64,000 nt of DNA from the human T2T-CHM13v2.0 reference genome, Homo sapiens. A program made the translations under genes and the position numbers. Positions 39,507-54,500 of this stretch are shown one piece after another (position 1 is the stretch's first letter; each line of letters begins with the position of its first letter). The stretch is from the NCBI RefSeq assembly GCF_009914755.1, contig NC_060945.1; one strand, 5' to 3'. The notes under the pieces were generated by a model. The model ran no database searches, was not told the origin of the DNA, and saw nothing but the letters and a program-made list of their open reading frames with translations.

Positions 39507-42500
39507 GAATTCTATGTGAGGGAGAAAATTCAGACCCCAGCAGCAGTGTTCTGGAATCCGACGTGAGGGACAATCACTCAGACACTCGTATCAGTGTTCT
39601 GCAATTCTGTGTGAGGACGAACATTCAGACCACAACAGGGATGTTCTGGAATCCTATGTGAGGGACAAACATTCGGACCCCAGATGTAGTGTTTTCGAAT
39701 ACTATGTGTGGGACAAACATTCAAACAACGGCGGGAGAATTATGGAATTCTATGTTTCGGACAAACATTCAGACCCTCGTAGCATTGTTCTGGAATCCTA
39801 TGTGACGGACTAACATTTAGACCCTGCAGCAGTGTTCTGGAAACCTATGTGATGGACATGCATGTAGACCCCAGCAACAGTGTTCTGGAATCCTATGTGA
39901 TTGACAAATGTTCAGACCCCCGCAGCAGTGTTCTGGAATCCTATGTGATTTGCAATCATTCAGACCCTCATAGCAGTGCTCTGGAATTCTGTGTGAGGGA
40001 CAAGCATTCAGACCCTCTTAGAAGTTTTCTGGAATCCTATGTGAGGGACAAACATTCAGACCCCTGCAGCAGTGTTCTGGCATCGATGTAAGGGACAATC
40101 ATTCAGACCCACACAGCACTGTTCTGGAATTCTGCTTCAGGGCCAACATTCAGACCACAAAAGGAGTGTTCTGGAATCACCTGTGAGGAACAAACTTTCA
40201 GAACCCCGTAGCAGTGTTCTGGAATCCTATGTGTCAGACAAACATTTAAACCCCAGCAACAGTGTTCTGGAATCTTATGTGAGGGAGAAATATTCAGACA
40301 ATCGTAGCAGTGTTCTGGAATCCTGTGTAAGGGACAAACTTTCTGATCCAAGCAGCAGTGTTCTGGAATCCTATGTGAGGGACAAACATTCAAACAACAG
40401 CGGGAGTGTTCTGGAATCCTATGTTACAGACAAACATTCAGGTTCTCGTCACAGTGTTCTAGAATTCTCTGTGAGGGAGAAACACTCAGAACCCAGCTGC
40501 AGTGTTCTGGAATCCTATGTAGCGGACATACATGTAGACCCCAGAAGCAGTGCTGTGGAATGCTGCGTGAGGAACAATCATTCAGACCCCAGCAGCAGTG
40601 TTCTGGAATATTGCTTGAGGGACAATCATTCAGACCCTCGTAGCAGTGTTCTGGAGTCCAGTGTGAGGGACAAATATTCAGATCACAACAGGAGTATTCT
40701 GGAATCCCCTATGAAGAACAAACATTCAGGCTATCGTAGCAGTGTTCTGGAATCCTATGTGACTGACAAACATTGAGACCCCAGCAGCAGTGTTCTGGAG
40801 TGCTACGTGAGGGACAAACATTCAGACACTAGTAGCAGTGTTCTGGAATCCTATGTGAGGGACAAACACTAAGAACCCAGCAGCATTTTTCTGGGTCCCT
40901 ATGTGAGGGACAAATACTCGGAACACAGCTTCAGTGTTTTGCCATTTTATGTGAGGGACAAACATTCAGACCCTCATAGAAGTGTTCTGGAATCCTATGT
41001 GAGGGACAAACTTTCCGACAATTATAACAGAGTTCTGTAATCCTACGTTAAGGACAAATATTCAGACACTCGTAACAGTGTTCTGGAATCGTATGTGAGG
41101 GACACACATTCAGACAATTGTAGCAGTGTTTTGGAATCCTATGTGAGGGACAAACATTCAGAAGCCAGCACAAGTGTTCTGGAATCTTCTGTGAGGGAAA
41201 AACATTCAATCAACAGCGGGAGTGTTCTGGAATCCTATGTTATGGACAAACATTCAGATGCTCATTGCAGTGTTCTGAAATTGTATGTGAGGGAGGAACA
41301 CTGAGAACCCAGCAGCAGTTTTCTGGAATCCTATATGATGGATGTACTTGTAGACCCCAGCAGCAGTGTTCTAGAATCCTATGTGAGGGACAAACATTCA
41401 GACCTTCGTCGAATTGTTCTGGAATCCTATAAGAGGGACAAACACTCAGAAACCAGCAGCAGCATTCAGGAACCCTATGTGAGGGACAAACATTCAGACA
41501 ACAGCAGGATTGTTCTGGACTCCTATGTGAGTAACATACACTCAGAAAACAGCAGGAGTGTTTTGGAATCCTATGTAAGGGACAAACATTCAGATCCTCA
41601 TAGCAGTGTCCTGGATTTCTGCGTGAGGGACAAACATTCAGACCCCCATAGCAGTGTTCTGGAATCCTATGTTAGAGAGAAACATTCAGACCACAGCAGG
41701 AGTGTTCTGGAATCTCCTGTGAGGAACAAACATTCAGACTGCCCTAACAGTGTTCTGAAATCTTATGTGACTGACAAACATTTAGACGCCAGCAGCAGTA
41801 TTCTGGAATGCAATGTAAGGGACAAATATTGAGACCCTAGTAGCAGTGTTCTGGTATCCTATCTGAGAGACAAACTCTCAGAACCAAGCAGCGGTGTTCT
41901 GGAAAATTATGTAAGGGATAAGGATTCAGACCAGATCTGGTATGCTCTGGAATTCTATGTGAGGAACAAACTCTCAGAATACTGCAGGAGTGTTTTGGAA
42001 TCCTATGTGAGGGACAAACATTCAGACCCTCGTAGCAGTGTTCTGGAATCCCATGTGATTGACATTCAGACCACAGCAGGAGTGTTCTGGAATCCCCTGT
42101 GAGGACCCAACATTCAGACCTCTGTAGCAGTGTTCTGGAATCCTAAGTGAGAGACAAACATTTAGACCCCAGCAGCAATGTTCTGGAATCCTATGTGAGG
42201 GACAAACATTCAGACCCTCGAAGCAGTGTTCTGGAATCCAATGTGTGGGATAAACATTCAGACAATAGTAGCAGTGTTCTGTAATCCAATGTGAGGGACA
42301 CACATTCAGGCCCTCGTCGGAATGCTTTGAATTCTATGTGAGGGACAAACACTGAGACAATCTTAGTACTATTCAGGAATCCTCTGTGAGGTACAAATTT
42401 TTAGACCACAGCAGAAGTGTTCTGCAATCCTATTTGAGGGACAAACATTCAAACAACAGAGGGAATCTTCTGGAATCCTATGTTACGGACCAACATTCAG

Positions 42501-45500
42501 ACCCTCGTTGCAGTGTTCTGGAATTCTATGTGAGGGAGAAACACGTAGAACCTATCAGCTGTGTTCTGGAATCCTGTGGGGGGGACATACATGTAGACAC
42601 CAGCAGCGGTGTTCTGGAATCCTATGTGAGGGACAAACATTCAGAACCGAGCAGCAGTGTTCTGGAACTCTGTATGAGGGACAAACATTAAGAACACGGC
42701 AGGATTTTTCTGCAATCCTATGTGAGGGAGAAACACTCTGAAAACCGTAAGTGTGTTTTGGAATCGTACATGAGGGCCAAACAATCAAACCCTCATAGCT
42801 GTGTTCCGGAATCCTATGTGAGGGGCAAACACTCAGACAATCGTAGCAGTTTTCTGGAATCCTTTGTGAGGGACAAGCATTCATTCCCTCGTAGCGGTGT
42901 TCGGGAACCCTGTATGAGGGACAAACATTCAGACCACACCGTTCTGGAATCCCCTCTGTGGGAAAAACATTCAGACCCTCGTGGCAGTGTTCTGGAATCC
43001 TATGTGACGGACAAAGATTTAGACCACAGCAGCAGTGTTCTGAAATCCTATGTGAGGGACATTCAGACCCTCTTAGCAGTTTTCTGGAATCTTATGTGAG
43101 GGACAATCATTCAGACCTCAGCAGGAGTGTTCTGGAAAACCCATGTGAGGGACAAACACTCAGACTACAGCAGGAGTGTTCTGGAATCCCCTGTGAGGGA
43201 CAAACATTCAGACTGTCGTAGGGGTGTTCTGCAATCCTATGTGACGAACAAACATATAGAATCCAGCAGCATTGTTCTGGAATCCTATGTAGGAGACAAA
43301 CATTCAGACAATAGTAGCAGTGTTCTGGAATCCTATGTGAGGGGCAAACATTCAGACCACAGCAGCAGTGTTCTGGAATCCTATGTGAGGGACAAACATT
43401 CAAACAACAGCGAGAGTGTTCTGGAATCCTAAGTTATGGAAAAACACTCAGACCCTCGTGGCAGTGTTCTGGAATTCTATGTGATGGAGAAACACTCAGA
43501 ATCCAGCAGCAGTGTTCTGGAATCCTATATGACGGAGATACACGTACACCCCAGGAGCAGTGTCCTGGAATCCTATGTGAGAGACAAACTTTCAGACCCC
43601 AGGAGCAGAGTTCTGGAATCCTACATGAGGGATAAACATTCAGACCCTCTTAGCAGTTTTCTTAATCACTATGTCAGGGACAAAGATTCAGACCTCAGCA
43701 CCATTGTTCTGGAATCCTACATGAGGCTCAAACATTCAGACCCTCGTTGCAGTCTTCTGGAATCCTGTGTAAGAGACAATCATTCAGAAAACAGCAGGAG
43801 TCTTCTGGAATTCCCTGTGAGAAATAAACACTCAGATCCTCCTAGCAGTGTTCTGGAAACCTATATGACGGACAAACATTTAGACAACTGAAGCAGTGTT
43901 ATGGAATCACATATGAGAGACAGACATTCAGAAACTTGTACCAGAGTTCTGGAATCCTTTGAGAGGGACAAACATTCAGAACCCAGCAGAAATGTTCCGG
44001 AATCCTATGTGAGGGACAAGCATTCAGACACTGGTAGCAGTGTTCTGGAATCCTATGTGAGAGACAAACACTCCGAACCCAGCAGCATTGTTCTGGAACC
44101 CTATGTGAGGGAAAAACATTCATACCACAGAAAGATTGCCTTGGAATCCTATGAGAGGGACAAACACTCAGAACACAGCAGGAGTGTGTTGGAATCCTAT
44201 GTGAAGGAAAAACATTGAGACCCTCGTAGCAGTGTTCTGGAATCCTATGTGAGGGACATTCAGATCCTCGAAGCAGTGTTCTGGAATCTAATGTGAGGGA
44301 TAAACATTCAAATAACAGCGGGAGTGTTCTGAAATCCTGTGTTACGGACAAATATTCAGACCATCGTGGCAGTGTTCTGGAATTCTATGTGAGGTAGAAA
44401 CATTCAGAACACAGCAGCAGTGTTCTGGAAACCTATGCGACGGACATACATGCAGACCCCTGCAAGGGGGTTCTGGAATCCTATGTGAGGGACAAACATT
44501 CAGAACACAGCAGCAGTGTTCTGGAAACCTATGTGACGGACATACATGCAGACCCCTGCAGGGGGGTTCTGGAATCCTATGTGAGGGACAAACATTCAGA
44601 AGCCTGCAGCAGTGTTATGGAATCTTATGTGAGGGACAATCATTCAGACTCTCGTAGCAGTGTTCTGGAATTCTGTGTGAGGGTAAAACATTCAGAACCT
44701 CATAGCAATTTTCTGAAATCCTATGTGAGGGACAAACATTCAGAACACAGCAGGAGTGTTCTCAAATCCTCTGTGAGGGAAAATCATTCCGACCCTCGTA
44801 GCAGTGTTCTGGAATCCTGTGTGAGGGACAAACATTCAGACCCCAACAACAGTGTTCTGTAATCCTATGTGTTGGACAATCATTCAGAACCCCATAGCAG
44901 TGCTCTGGAATTCTGTGTGAGGGACAAATGTTCAAGCTGTCATTGTAGTGTTCTGGAATCCCGTGTGAGGGACAAACATTCAGACACTGGTAGCAGTGTT
45001 CTGGAATCCAACGTGAGGGACAAACATTCAGACAACAGCAGGATTGTTCTGGAATCCTATGTGAGGGACAAGCATTCAGACAATCGTAGCAGTGTTCTGG
45101 AATCCCATGTGAGGGACAAACATTCAGACCTTCATAGCAGTGTTCTGGAATGGTATGTGATGGACAAACATTCAGACAATCATAGCATTGTTCTGGAATC
45201 CTATGTGAGGGACAAACATTCAGACACCAGCAGCAGTGTTCTGGAATCCTATGTGAGGGACAAACATACAAACAACACCTAGAGTGTTCTGGAATCCTAT
45301 GTTAGGGACAAACATTCAGACGCTCGAAGCAGTGTTCTGGAATTATATGTGATGGAGAAACAGTCAGAACCCAATAGCAGTGTTCTGGAATCCTATCTGA
45401 CGGACATACATGTAGACCCCAGCAGCAGTGTTTTGGAATCCTATGTGAGGGACAGTCATTCAGACCCTTGTAGCAGTGTTCTGGAATTCTGTGTCAAGCA

Positions 45501-48500
45501 CAAACTTTCAGACCCTTATAGCAGTGTTCTGAAATCCTATGTGAGGGACAGTCATTCAGGCCATAGCAGGAGTGTTCTGTAATCCCCTGTGAGGAACAAA
45601 CGTTCAGACAGTCGTAGCATTGTTCTGGAATATTATGTGAGGGACAAACATTCAGACAATTGTAGCAGTGTTCCGGAATCCTATGTGAGGGACAAACATT
45701 CAAACAACAGCGGGATTGTTCAGGAATCCTATGTTATGGACAAACATTCTGACCCTTGTAGCGGTGTTCTGGAATTCTATGTGAGGGAGAAACACTCAGA
45801 ACCCAACATCAGTGTTCTGGAATCCTATGCGACGGACATACCTGTAGACCCCAGCAGCTCTATTCTAGAATCCTATGTGAGGGACAAACATTACGACCCC
45901 AGCAACAGTGTTCTGGAATCCTATGTGAAGGAAAATCATTCAGACACTCGTACCAGTGTTCTGGAATTCTGTGTGAGGGACAAACATTCTGATTCCCGTA
46001 GCAGTGTTCTGTAGTCCTGTGTGAGGGAAAAACATTGAGACCACAGCAGGAGTGTTCCAGAATCCCCTGTGAGGAACAGACATTCAGACCCTCATAGGAG
46101 GGTTCTGGAATCCGGTGTGACGGACAAAAATCTAGACCCCAGCAGCAGTGTTCTGGAATCCTATGTGAGGGACAAACACTCAGAACCCTGCAGCAGTGTT
46201 CTGAAACCCTATGTGAGAGATTAATATTCCGACGACAGGAGGATAGTTTTGGAATCCTATGTGAGGGACAAACACTCAGAAAACAGCAGGAGTGTTCTGG
46301 AATCCTAAATGAGGGACAAACACTCAGAAAACAGCAGGAGTGTTCTGGAATCCTAAATGAGGGACAATCATTCAGATCGTCATAGCAGTGTTCTACAATT
46401 TTGTGTGAGGGACAAACATTCACACCCCAGCAGAAGTGCTGTGGAATCCTAAATGAGGGACAAACATTCAAACCCTCGTAGGAGTGCTCTGGAATAGTGT
46501 GTGACGGAGAAACTTTTAGACTCCAGCAGCAGTGTTCTGCAATCCTTTGTAAGGGAAAAACAATCAGACCCTCACAGCTGTGTTCTGGAATCCCATGTGA
46601 TGGACAAACACTCAGAACCGAGCAGCAGTGTTCTGTAACTATATGTGAGGGGCAACCATTCAGAACACAGCAGGATTGTTCTGGAATCCTACATGAGGGA
46701 CTGACACTCAGAGCACAGCAGGCGTGTTTTGGAATCCTATGTGAGGGACAAACATTCTGACACTCATAGCAGGGTTCTGGAATCCTACGTGAGTGGCAAA
46801 CATTCAGACAATCTTAGCAGTGTTCTGGAATACTATGTGAGGGACAAACATTCAGACACTCGTAACAGTGTTTTGGAATACTATGTTGCAGACAATCATT
46901 CGTATGCTCGTAGCAGTGTTCTGGAATCCTGTGTGAAGGACAAACATTCAGACCACAGCAGGATTGTTCTGGAATCCCCAGTGAGGAACAAACGTTCAGA
47001 CCTTCATAGCAGTGTTCTGGAATTCTATGTGACGGACAAACATTTAGACCCCAGCAGCGGTGTTCTGAAATCCTATGTTAGTGACAAACATTCAGACCCT
47101 TGTAGGAATGTTCTGGAATCTATGTGAGGGACTTGCTTTAAGACCACAGCAGGAGTGTTCTGGAATCTCATGTGAGGTACAAGCATTTCCACTCTCATAG
47201 CTGTGTTCTGGAATCCTATGTGATGAACAAACATTTAGACCCCAGCAGCAGTGTTCTGGAATCCTACGTGAGGGAAAAACATACAGACCATCATAGCAGT
47301 GTATTGGAATCCTGTGTGAGGGACAAACATTCAGACAATCGAAGCAGTGTTCTGGAATCCTAAGAGAGAGACAAATATTCAGAACACAGAAGGATTGTTC
47401 TGGAATCCTATGTGAGGAGCAAACACTCAGAACACAGCAGGAGTGTTGTGGAATCCTATGTGAGGGACAAACTTTGAGACCCTCGTAGTAGTGTCCTGGA
47501 ATCCTATGTGAGGGACAAACATGCAGACAATTGTAGCAGTGTTCTGGAATCCTATGTGATCGACAAACCTTCGAACAACAGTGGAAGTGTTCTGGAATCC
47601 TATGTTATGGACACACATTCAGAACCTTGTGGCAGTGTTCTGGAATTCTATTTGAGAGAGAAACATTCAGAGCCCAGCAGCAGTTTTCTGGAATCCTATG
47701 TGATGAACATACATGCAGACCACAGCAGCAGTGTTCTGGAATCTTATGTGAGGGACAAACATTCAGACAATTGTAGCAGTGTTCTGGAGTCCTCCGTGAA
47801 GGACAAACATTTGGAACCCAGCAGCAGTGTTCTGGAATCCAATGTGAGGGACAAACATATAAATCACGGGGGGGGGAGTTTTCTGGAATCCTATGTTATG
47901 GACAAACATTCAGAACCTCGTCGCAGTGTTCTGGAATTCTATGTCAGGGAGACACAGCCAGAACACAGTAGCAGGGTTTTGGAATCCTATGTGACGGACA
48001 CACATATAGACCCCAGCAGCAGTGTTCTGGGATCCTATGTGAGAGACAAACATTCAGCACCTCGTCACAGTGTTCTCGAATCCTATGTGAGGGACAATCA
48101 TTCAGATCCTCGTAGCAGTGTTCTGGAATTCTGTATGAGATACAATCATTCAGACCCTCGTAGCAGTGTTCTGGAATCCTAAGTGTGGGACAAATATTCA
48201 GACAATAGTAGTAGTGTCCTGGAAATCTATGTGAGGGACACACATTCAGACCCTCTTAGGAGTGTTCTGGAATCTTATATGAGAGACAAACATTCAGACA
48301 ATAGTAGCAGTGTTCTGGAATCCTCTGTGAGGGACAAACATTCGGAACCCAGCAGCAGTGTTCTGGAATCCAATGTTATGGACAAACATTCAGAGACTCC
48401 TCGCGGTGATCTGGAATTCTATGTGATGGAGAAACACTGAGAAACCAGCAGTATTGTTCTGGAATCTGATGTGACGGACATACATTTAGACCAGAGCAGT

Positions 48501-51500
48501 AGAGTTGTGGAATCCTATATTGGGGCAAACATTCAGTCCCCAGCAGCATTGTCCTGCAATCCTTTGTAAGGGACAAACATTCAGAACCCAGCAGCAGTGT
48601 TCTGGAATCCTATATTGGGGCAAACATTCAGTCCCCAGCAGCATTGTCCTGCAATCCTTTGTAAGGGACAAACATTCAGAACCCAGCAGCAGTGTTCTGG
48701 AATCCTATGTGAGGCACCATCATTCAGACCCTCGAAGCAGTGTTCTGGAATTTTGTGTGAGGGGCAAACATTCAGACCCTCATAGCAGTGTTCTGCAATC
48801 CTGTGTGAGGTACTATTATTCAGATGATGGCAGGAGAGTTCTGGAATCCCCTGTGAGGAACAAACATTCAGACCCTCCTAGCAGTGTTCTGTAACCCTAT
48901 TTGAGGGACAGATATTCAGACGACAGCAGGGTTGTTCTGGAACCCTATGTGGGGGACAATCACCCAGAACACATCAGTAGTGTTTTGGAATCCTATCTGA
49001 GGGACAAACATTCAGACCCTAGTAGCACTGTTCAGGAATCCTATGTGAGGGACAAACATTCAGACAATCGTAGCATTGTTCTGGAGTCTTATGTGAGGGA
49101 CAAACATTCAGACCCCAGCAGCAGTGTTCTGGAATCCTATGTGGGGTTCAAACATTCAAACAACAGCGGGATTGTTCTGGAATCCTATGTTACGGACAAA
49201 CATTCAGACCATGGTAGCAGTGTTCTGGTATTCTATGTGAGGGAAAAACACTGAGAATACAGCAGCAGTGTTCTGGAATCCGATGTGTGGGACAAACATT
49301 CAGACCCCAGCAGCAGTGTTCTTTAATCCTATTTGAGGGACAATCATTCAGACTCTCATAGCTGTGTTCTGGAGTTCTGCATAAGGGACAATCGTTCAGA
49401 CCCACGTAGCAGTGTTCCGGAATTCTGTGTGATGGAGAAACGTTAATTACTTCATAGCAGTGTTATGGAAGCCTATCTGTGGGACAAACATTCAGACCAC
49501 AGCAGGAGTGTTCTGGAACACTAAGTGTTCTCAAATCCTATGTGAGGAACAAACATTCAGACCCTCGCAGCAATGTTCTGGAATCCTATGTGACGGACAA
49601 ACATTTGGACTGCAGCAGCAATGTTCTGGAATCCTATGTGAGGGACAAACTTTCAGAAAATCGTTGCAGTGGTCTGGTATCCTAGGTGAGGGACAAACAT
49701 TCAGAACCCAGCAGCAGTGTTCTGGAATCCAATGTGAGGGACAAACATTCAAACAACAGAGGGAGTGTTTTGCAATCCTAGGTAAAGGACAAATATTTAG
49801 ACAACAGGAGCAGTGTTCTGGAATCCTGTGGGAAGGACAAACATTAGGACCCTCAGTATAGTGTTCTAGAATCTTATGTGAGAGAAAAACATTGAGACAA
49901 TCATAGCAGTGTTCTAGAATCCTTTGTGACGGACAAATATTTAGACCCCAGCAGCATTGTTCTGGAATCCTATGTGAGGGACGAACATTAAAATCACAGC
50001 GGGAATGTTCTGGAATCCTTTGTTACGGGCAAACATTCAGATACTCGTCGCAGTCTTCTTGAATTACATGTGAGGGAGAAACACTCAGAACCCACCAGCA
50101 GTGTTCTGGAATCCTTAGTGACAGACATACATGCAGACCTCAGTAGCAGTGCTCTGGGATCCTATGTGAGGGACAAACTTTCAGACGGCAGCAGCAGTGT
50201 TCTGGAATCCTGTGTGAGGGACAATCATTCAGACCCTCGTAGCTGTGTTCTGGAATTCCGTGTGATGGACAAACATTCAGACCCTCATAGCAGTGTTCTG
50301 GAAACCTATGTGAGGGACAAACATTCAGACCACAGCAGGTATGTTCTGGAATCCTCTGTGAGGAAGAAACATTCAGACCCTCGTAGCAGTGTTCTGGAAT
50401 CCTATATGACAGACAAACATTTAGACCCCAGCAGCAGTGTTCTGGAATCCTGTGTGAGGGACAAACATTCACACCCTCGGAGCAGTGTTCTGGAATCCTA
50501 TAAAGGGACAAACACTCAGAACCCAGCAGCCGTGTTCTGGAACCATATGTGAGGGACAAACACTGAGAACACAGCAGGATTGTTTTGGAATGCTATGTGA
50601 TGGAGAAACATTCAGGCACTCGTAGCAGTGTTCTGGAATCCTAAGTGAGGAACAAACATTCAGACAATCGTAGCAGTGTTCTGGAATCCTATGCTAGGGA
50701 AAAACATTCAGACCCCAGTAGCAGTGTTCTGGAATCCTATGTGAGGGAAAAACATTCAAACAACAGCGGGAGTGTTCTGAAATAGTATGTTACTGACAAA
50801 CATTCAGACCCTTGTCACAGTGCTCTGGAATTCAAAGTGAGGGGGAAACACACAGAACCCAGCAGCTGTGTTCTGGAATCCTGTGTGACGGACATACACA
50901 TAGACCCCAGCAGCGGTGTTCCGGAATCCTATGTGACGGACAAACATTCAGACTCCAGCAGCAGTGTTCTGGAATCCTCTGTGAGGGACCATCATTCAGA
51001 CTCTCGTAGTAGTGTTCTGGAATTCTGCGTGAGGGGCAAACATTCAGACCATCGTGGCAGTGTACTGGAATCCTGTGTGAGGGATAGTCATTCGAACACA
51101 GCAGGAGTATTCTGGAATCCCCTGTATGGAAAAAACATTCAGACCCTAGCAGCAGTGTTCTGGAATCCTATGTGAGGGACAAACATTTAGACCCCAGCAA
51201 AAGTGTTCTGGAATCCTGTGTGAGGGACAAACATTCAGACTTTCGTAGCAGAGTTCTGGAATCCTATCTGAGGGGCAAACACTCAGAAACCAGCACCAGT
51301 GTTCTGGAACCCGATGTGAGGGACAAACATTCAGACCACAGCAGGATTGCTTTGGGATCCCATGTGTGGGAAAAACAGAAAACAGCGGGAGAGTATTGGA
51401 ATCCTATGTGAGGGACAAAACATTCAGACCCTCTTTGCAGTGCTGTGGAATCCTATGTGAGGGACAAACTTTCAGAAAATCACAGCAGTGGTCTGGAATC

Positions 51501-54500
51501 TTATGTGAGAGACAAACATTCAGAACTCAGCACCAATGTTCTGGAATCTTATGTGAGAGACAAACATTCAGAACTCAGCACCAATGTTCTGGAATCCTAT
51601 GTGAGAGACAAACATTCATACAACAGCGAGAGTGTTCTGCAATCCTAGGTAATGGACAAACATTTAGAAACCAGCAGCAGTGTTGTGGAATCCTATGAGA
51701 GGCACAAACATTCAGACCTTAGTAGAGTTATTCTGGAATCCCATGTGAGGGACAAACATTCAGAACCTCGTCGCAGTTTTCTGGAATTCTGTGTGAGGCA
51801 GAAACACTCTGAACCCAGAAGCAGTGTTCTGGAATCCTCTATGACAGACACACATGTAGACCTCAGCAGCTGTGTTCGGGAATCCTATGTGAGGGACAAG
51901 CATTCAGACCGCAACAGCATTATTGTGGAATCCCAAGTCAGGGACAATCATTCAGACCCTCGTAAGAGTGTTCTGGAATTTTGTGTGAGAGACAAACATT
52001 CAGACACTCATAGCAGTGTTCTGGAAAGCTATGTGAGGGAGAAACATTCAGACAACAGTAGGCGTGTTCTGGAATCCCCTGTGAGGAAAAACATTCATAC
52101 CCTCGTAGCAGTGTTCTGGAATCCTATGTGATGGACAAACATTTAGACCCCATCAGCAATGTTCTGGAATCCCGTGTGAGCAAAAAACATTCAGACGCTA
52201 GTAGCAGTGTTCCGGAGTCCTATGTAGGAACAAACACTCAGAACCCAGCAGCACTGTTCTGGAACGCTATGTGAGGGACAAAGATTCAGACCACAGCAGG
52301 ATTATACTGGAGTCCTATGTGAGGGACAAACACTCAGAACGGAGCAGGAGTGTTTTGGAATCCTATGTGTCAGACAAACATTCAGACACTCATAGCAGTG
52401 TTCTGGAATCCAATGCAAGAGACAAACTTTCAGACCACAGCAGCAGTGTTGTGGAATCCTCTGTGAGGAACAAACTTTCAGAATATCGTAGCAGTGTTCT
52501 GGAATCCTATGTGAGGGACAAACATTGAGATCCCAGCAGCAGTGTGCTGGAATCCTATGTGAAGGACAAACATTCAAACAACAGCGGGAGTGTTCTGGAA
52601 TCCTAACAAGTAGACACATTTAGACACCAGCAGCAGTGTTCTGGAATCCTATGTGAGGAAAAACATATTCAGACCCTCGTAGGGTTATTCTGGAATCCTA
52701 TATGAGGAACATATATTCAGACCCTCGTAGGATTATTCTGGAATCCTATGTGATTCAGACACCAGGAGCAGTGTTCTGGAATCCTATGTGTGAGACAAAC
52801 ATTCAAACAACAGTGTGAGTGTTCACGAATCCTATGTGACGGACAAACATTCAGACCTTCCTCTCAGTGTTTGGAATTCTATGTGAGGGAGAAACACTCA
52901 GAACCCAGCAGGAGTGCTCTGGAATCCTATGTGACGGACATACATGTAGACCCCAGCAGCAGTGTCCTCGAATCTCATGTGAGGGAGAAACATTCAGACC
53001 CCAGGAGCAGTGTTCTGGAATCCTATGTGAGGACAATGATTCAGGTCCTCGTAGCAGTGTTCTGGTATTCTGTGTGAAGTACAAACTTTCAGACTCTCTT
53101 ACCACTGTTCTGCAATCATGTGTGAGAGAAAAACATTCAGACCCACAGCAGGAGTGTTCTGGAATCACCTGTGAGGAACAAACATTCAGATCCTCCTAGC
53201 ACTGTTCTGGAATCCTGTGTGACGGACAAACATTTAGACGCCAGCAGCAGTGTTCTGGAATCCTAATTGCGGGACAATCATTCAGACCCTTGTAGCAGTG
53301 TTATGGAATCCTTTGTGAGGGACAGACATTTAGAACCCAGCGACAGCATTCTGGAACACTATGTGAGTGAGAAACATTCAGACCACAGCAGGATTGCTCT
53401 GGAATCCTATGTAAGGGACTAATATTCAGACCTTCGTAGCAGTGTTCTGGAATCCTAAGTGAGGGACAAACATTCAGACAATCGTAGCAGTGTTCCAGAA
53501 TCCTATGTGAGGGACATTCATTCAGACGTTCGTAGCTGCGTTGTGGAATTCTGTGTAAGAGCCATATATTGAGATCCTCAAAGCCGTGTTCTGGAATCCT
53601 ACGTGAGGGACAAACATTCAGACCACAGGAGGATTGTTCTGGAATCCTCTGTGAGGAAAAAACATTCAGACCCTCGTAGCAGTGTTCTGGAATCCTATGT
53701 GAGGGACGAACCTTTAGACCCCAACAGCAGTGCTCTTGAATCCTACGTGAGGAAAAAACATTCAGACACTCGTAACATTGTTCTCGAATCACATGTGAGG
53801 GACAAACATTCAGATAATCTTAGCCATGTTCTGGAATCCTATGTGAGGGACAAATATTCAGACCCCAGCAGCGTTCTGGAATCCTATGTGAGGAACAAAC
53901 ATTCAAACAACAGTGGGAGTGTTGTCGAATCCTATGTAACAGACAGACTTTCAGAACCTCGTCGCAGTGTTCTGGAATTCTGTGTCAGAGAGAAACACTC
54001 AGAACCCAACAGGAGTGTTCTGGAATCCTATGTGATGGACATACATGTAGACGTCAGCAGCAGTGTTCTTGAATCATATGTGAAGACAAACATTCAGATC
54101 TCAAAAGCAGTGTTCTGGAATCCTCTGTGAGGGTCAATCATTCAGACCCTTGTAGCAGTGTTCTGGAGATGTTTGTGAGGGAGGAAGCTTCAGACCCCCT
54201 TAGCAGTGTTCTGGAGATGTTTGTGAGGGAGGAAGCTTCAGACCCCCATAGCAGCGTTCTGGAAGCCTATGTGAAGGACAAACATTCGGACTAGAGAAGG
54301 ATTGTTCTGGAATCCAATGGGAGGAACAAATATCCGGACCCTCGTAGCATAGTTCTGGAATCCTATGTGACGGACCAACATTTAGAGCCCAGCAGCAGTG
54401 CTCTGGAATCTCAAGTGAGGGACAAACATTCAGACACTCAGTGCAGTGTTCTAGAATCCTATATGAGGGACAAACATTGAAACAATCGTAGTAGTGTTCA

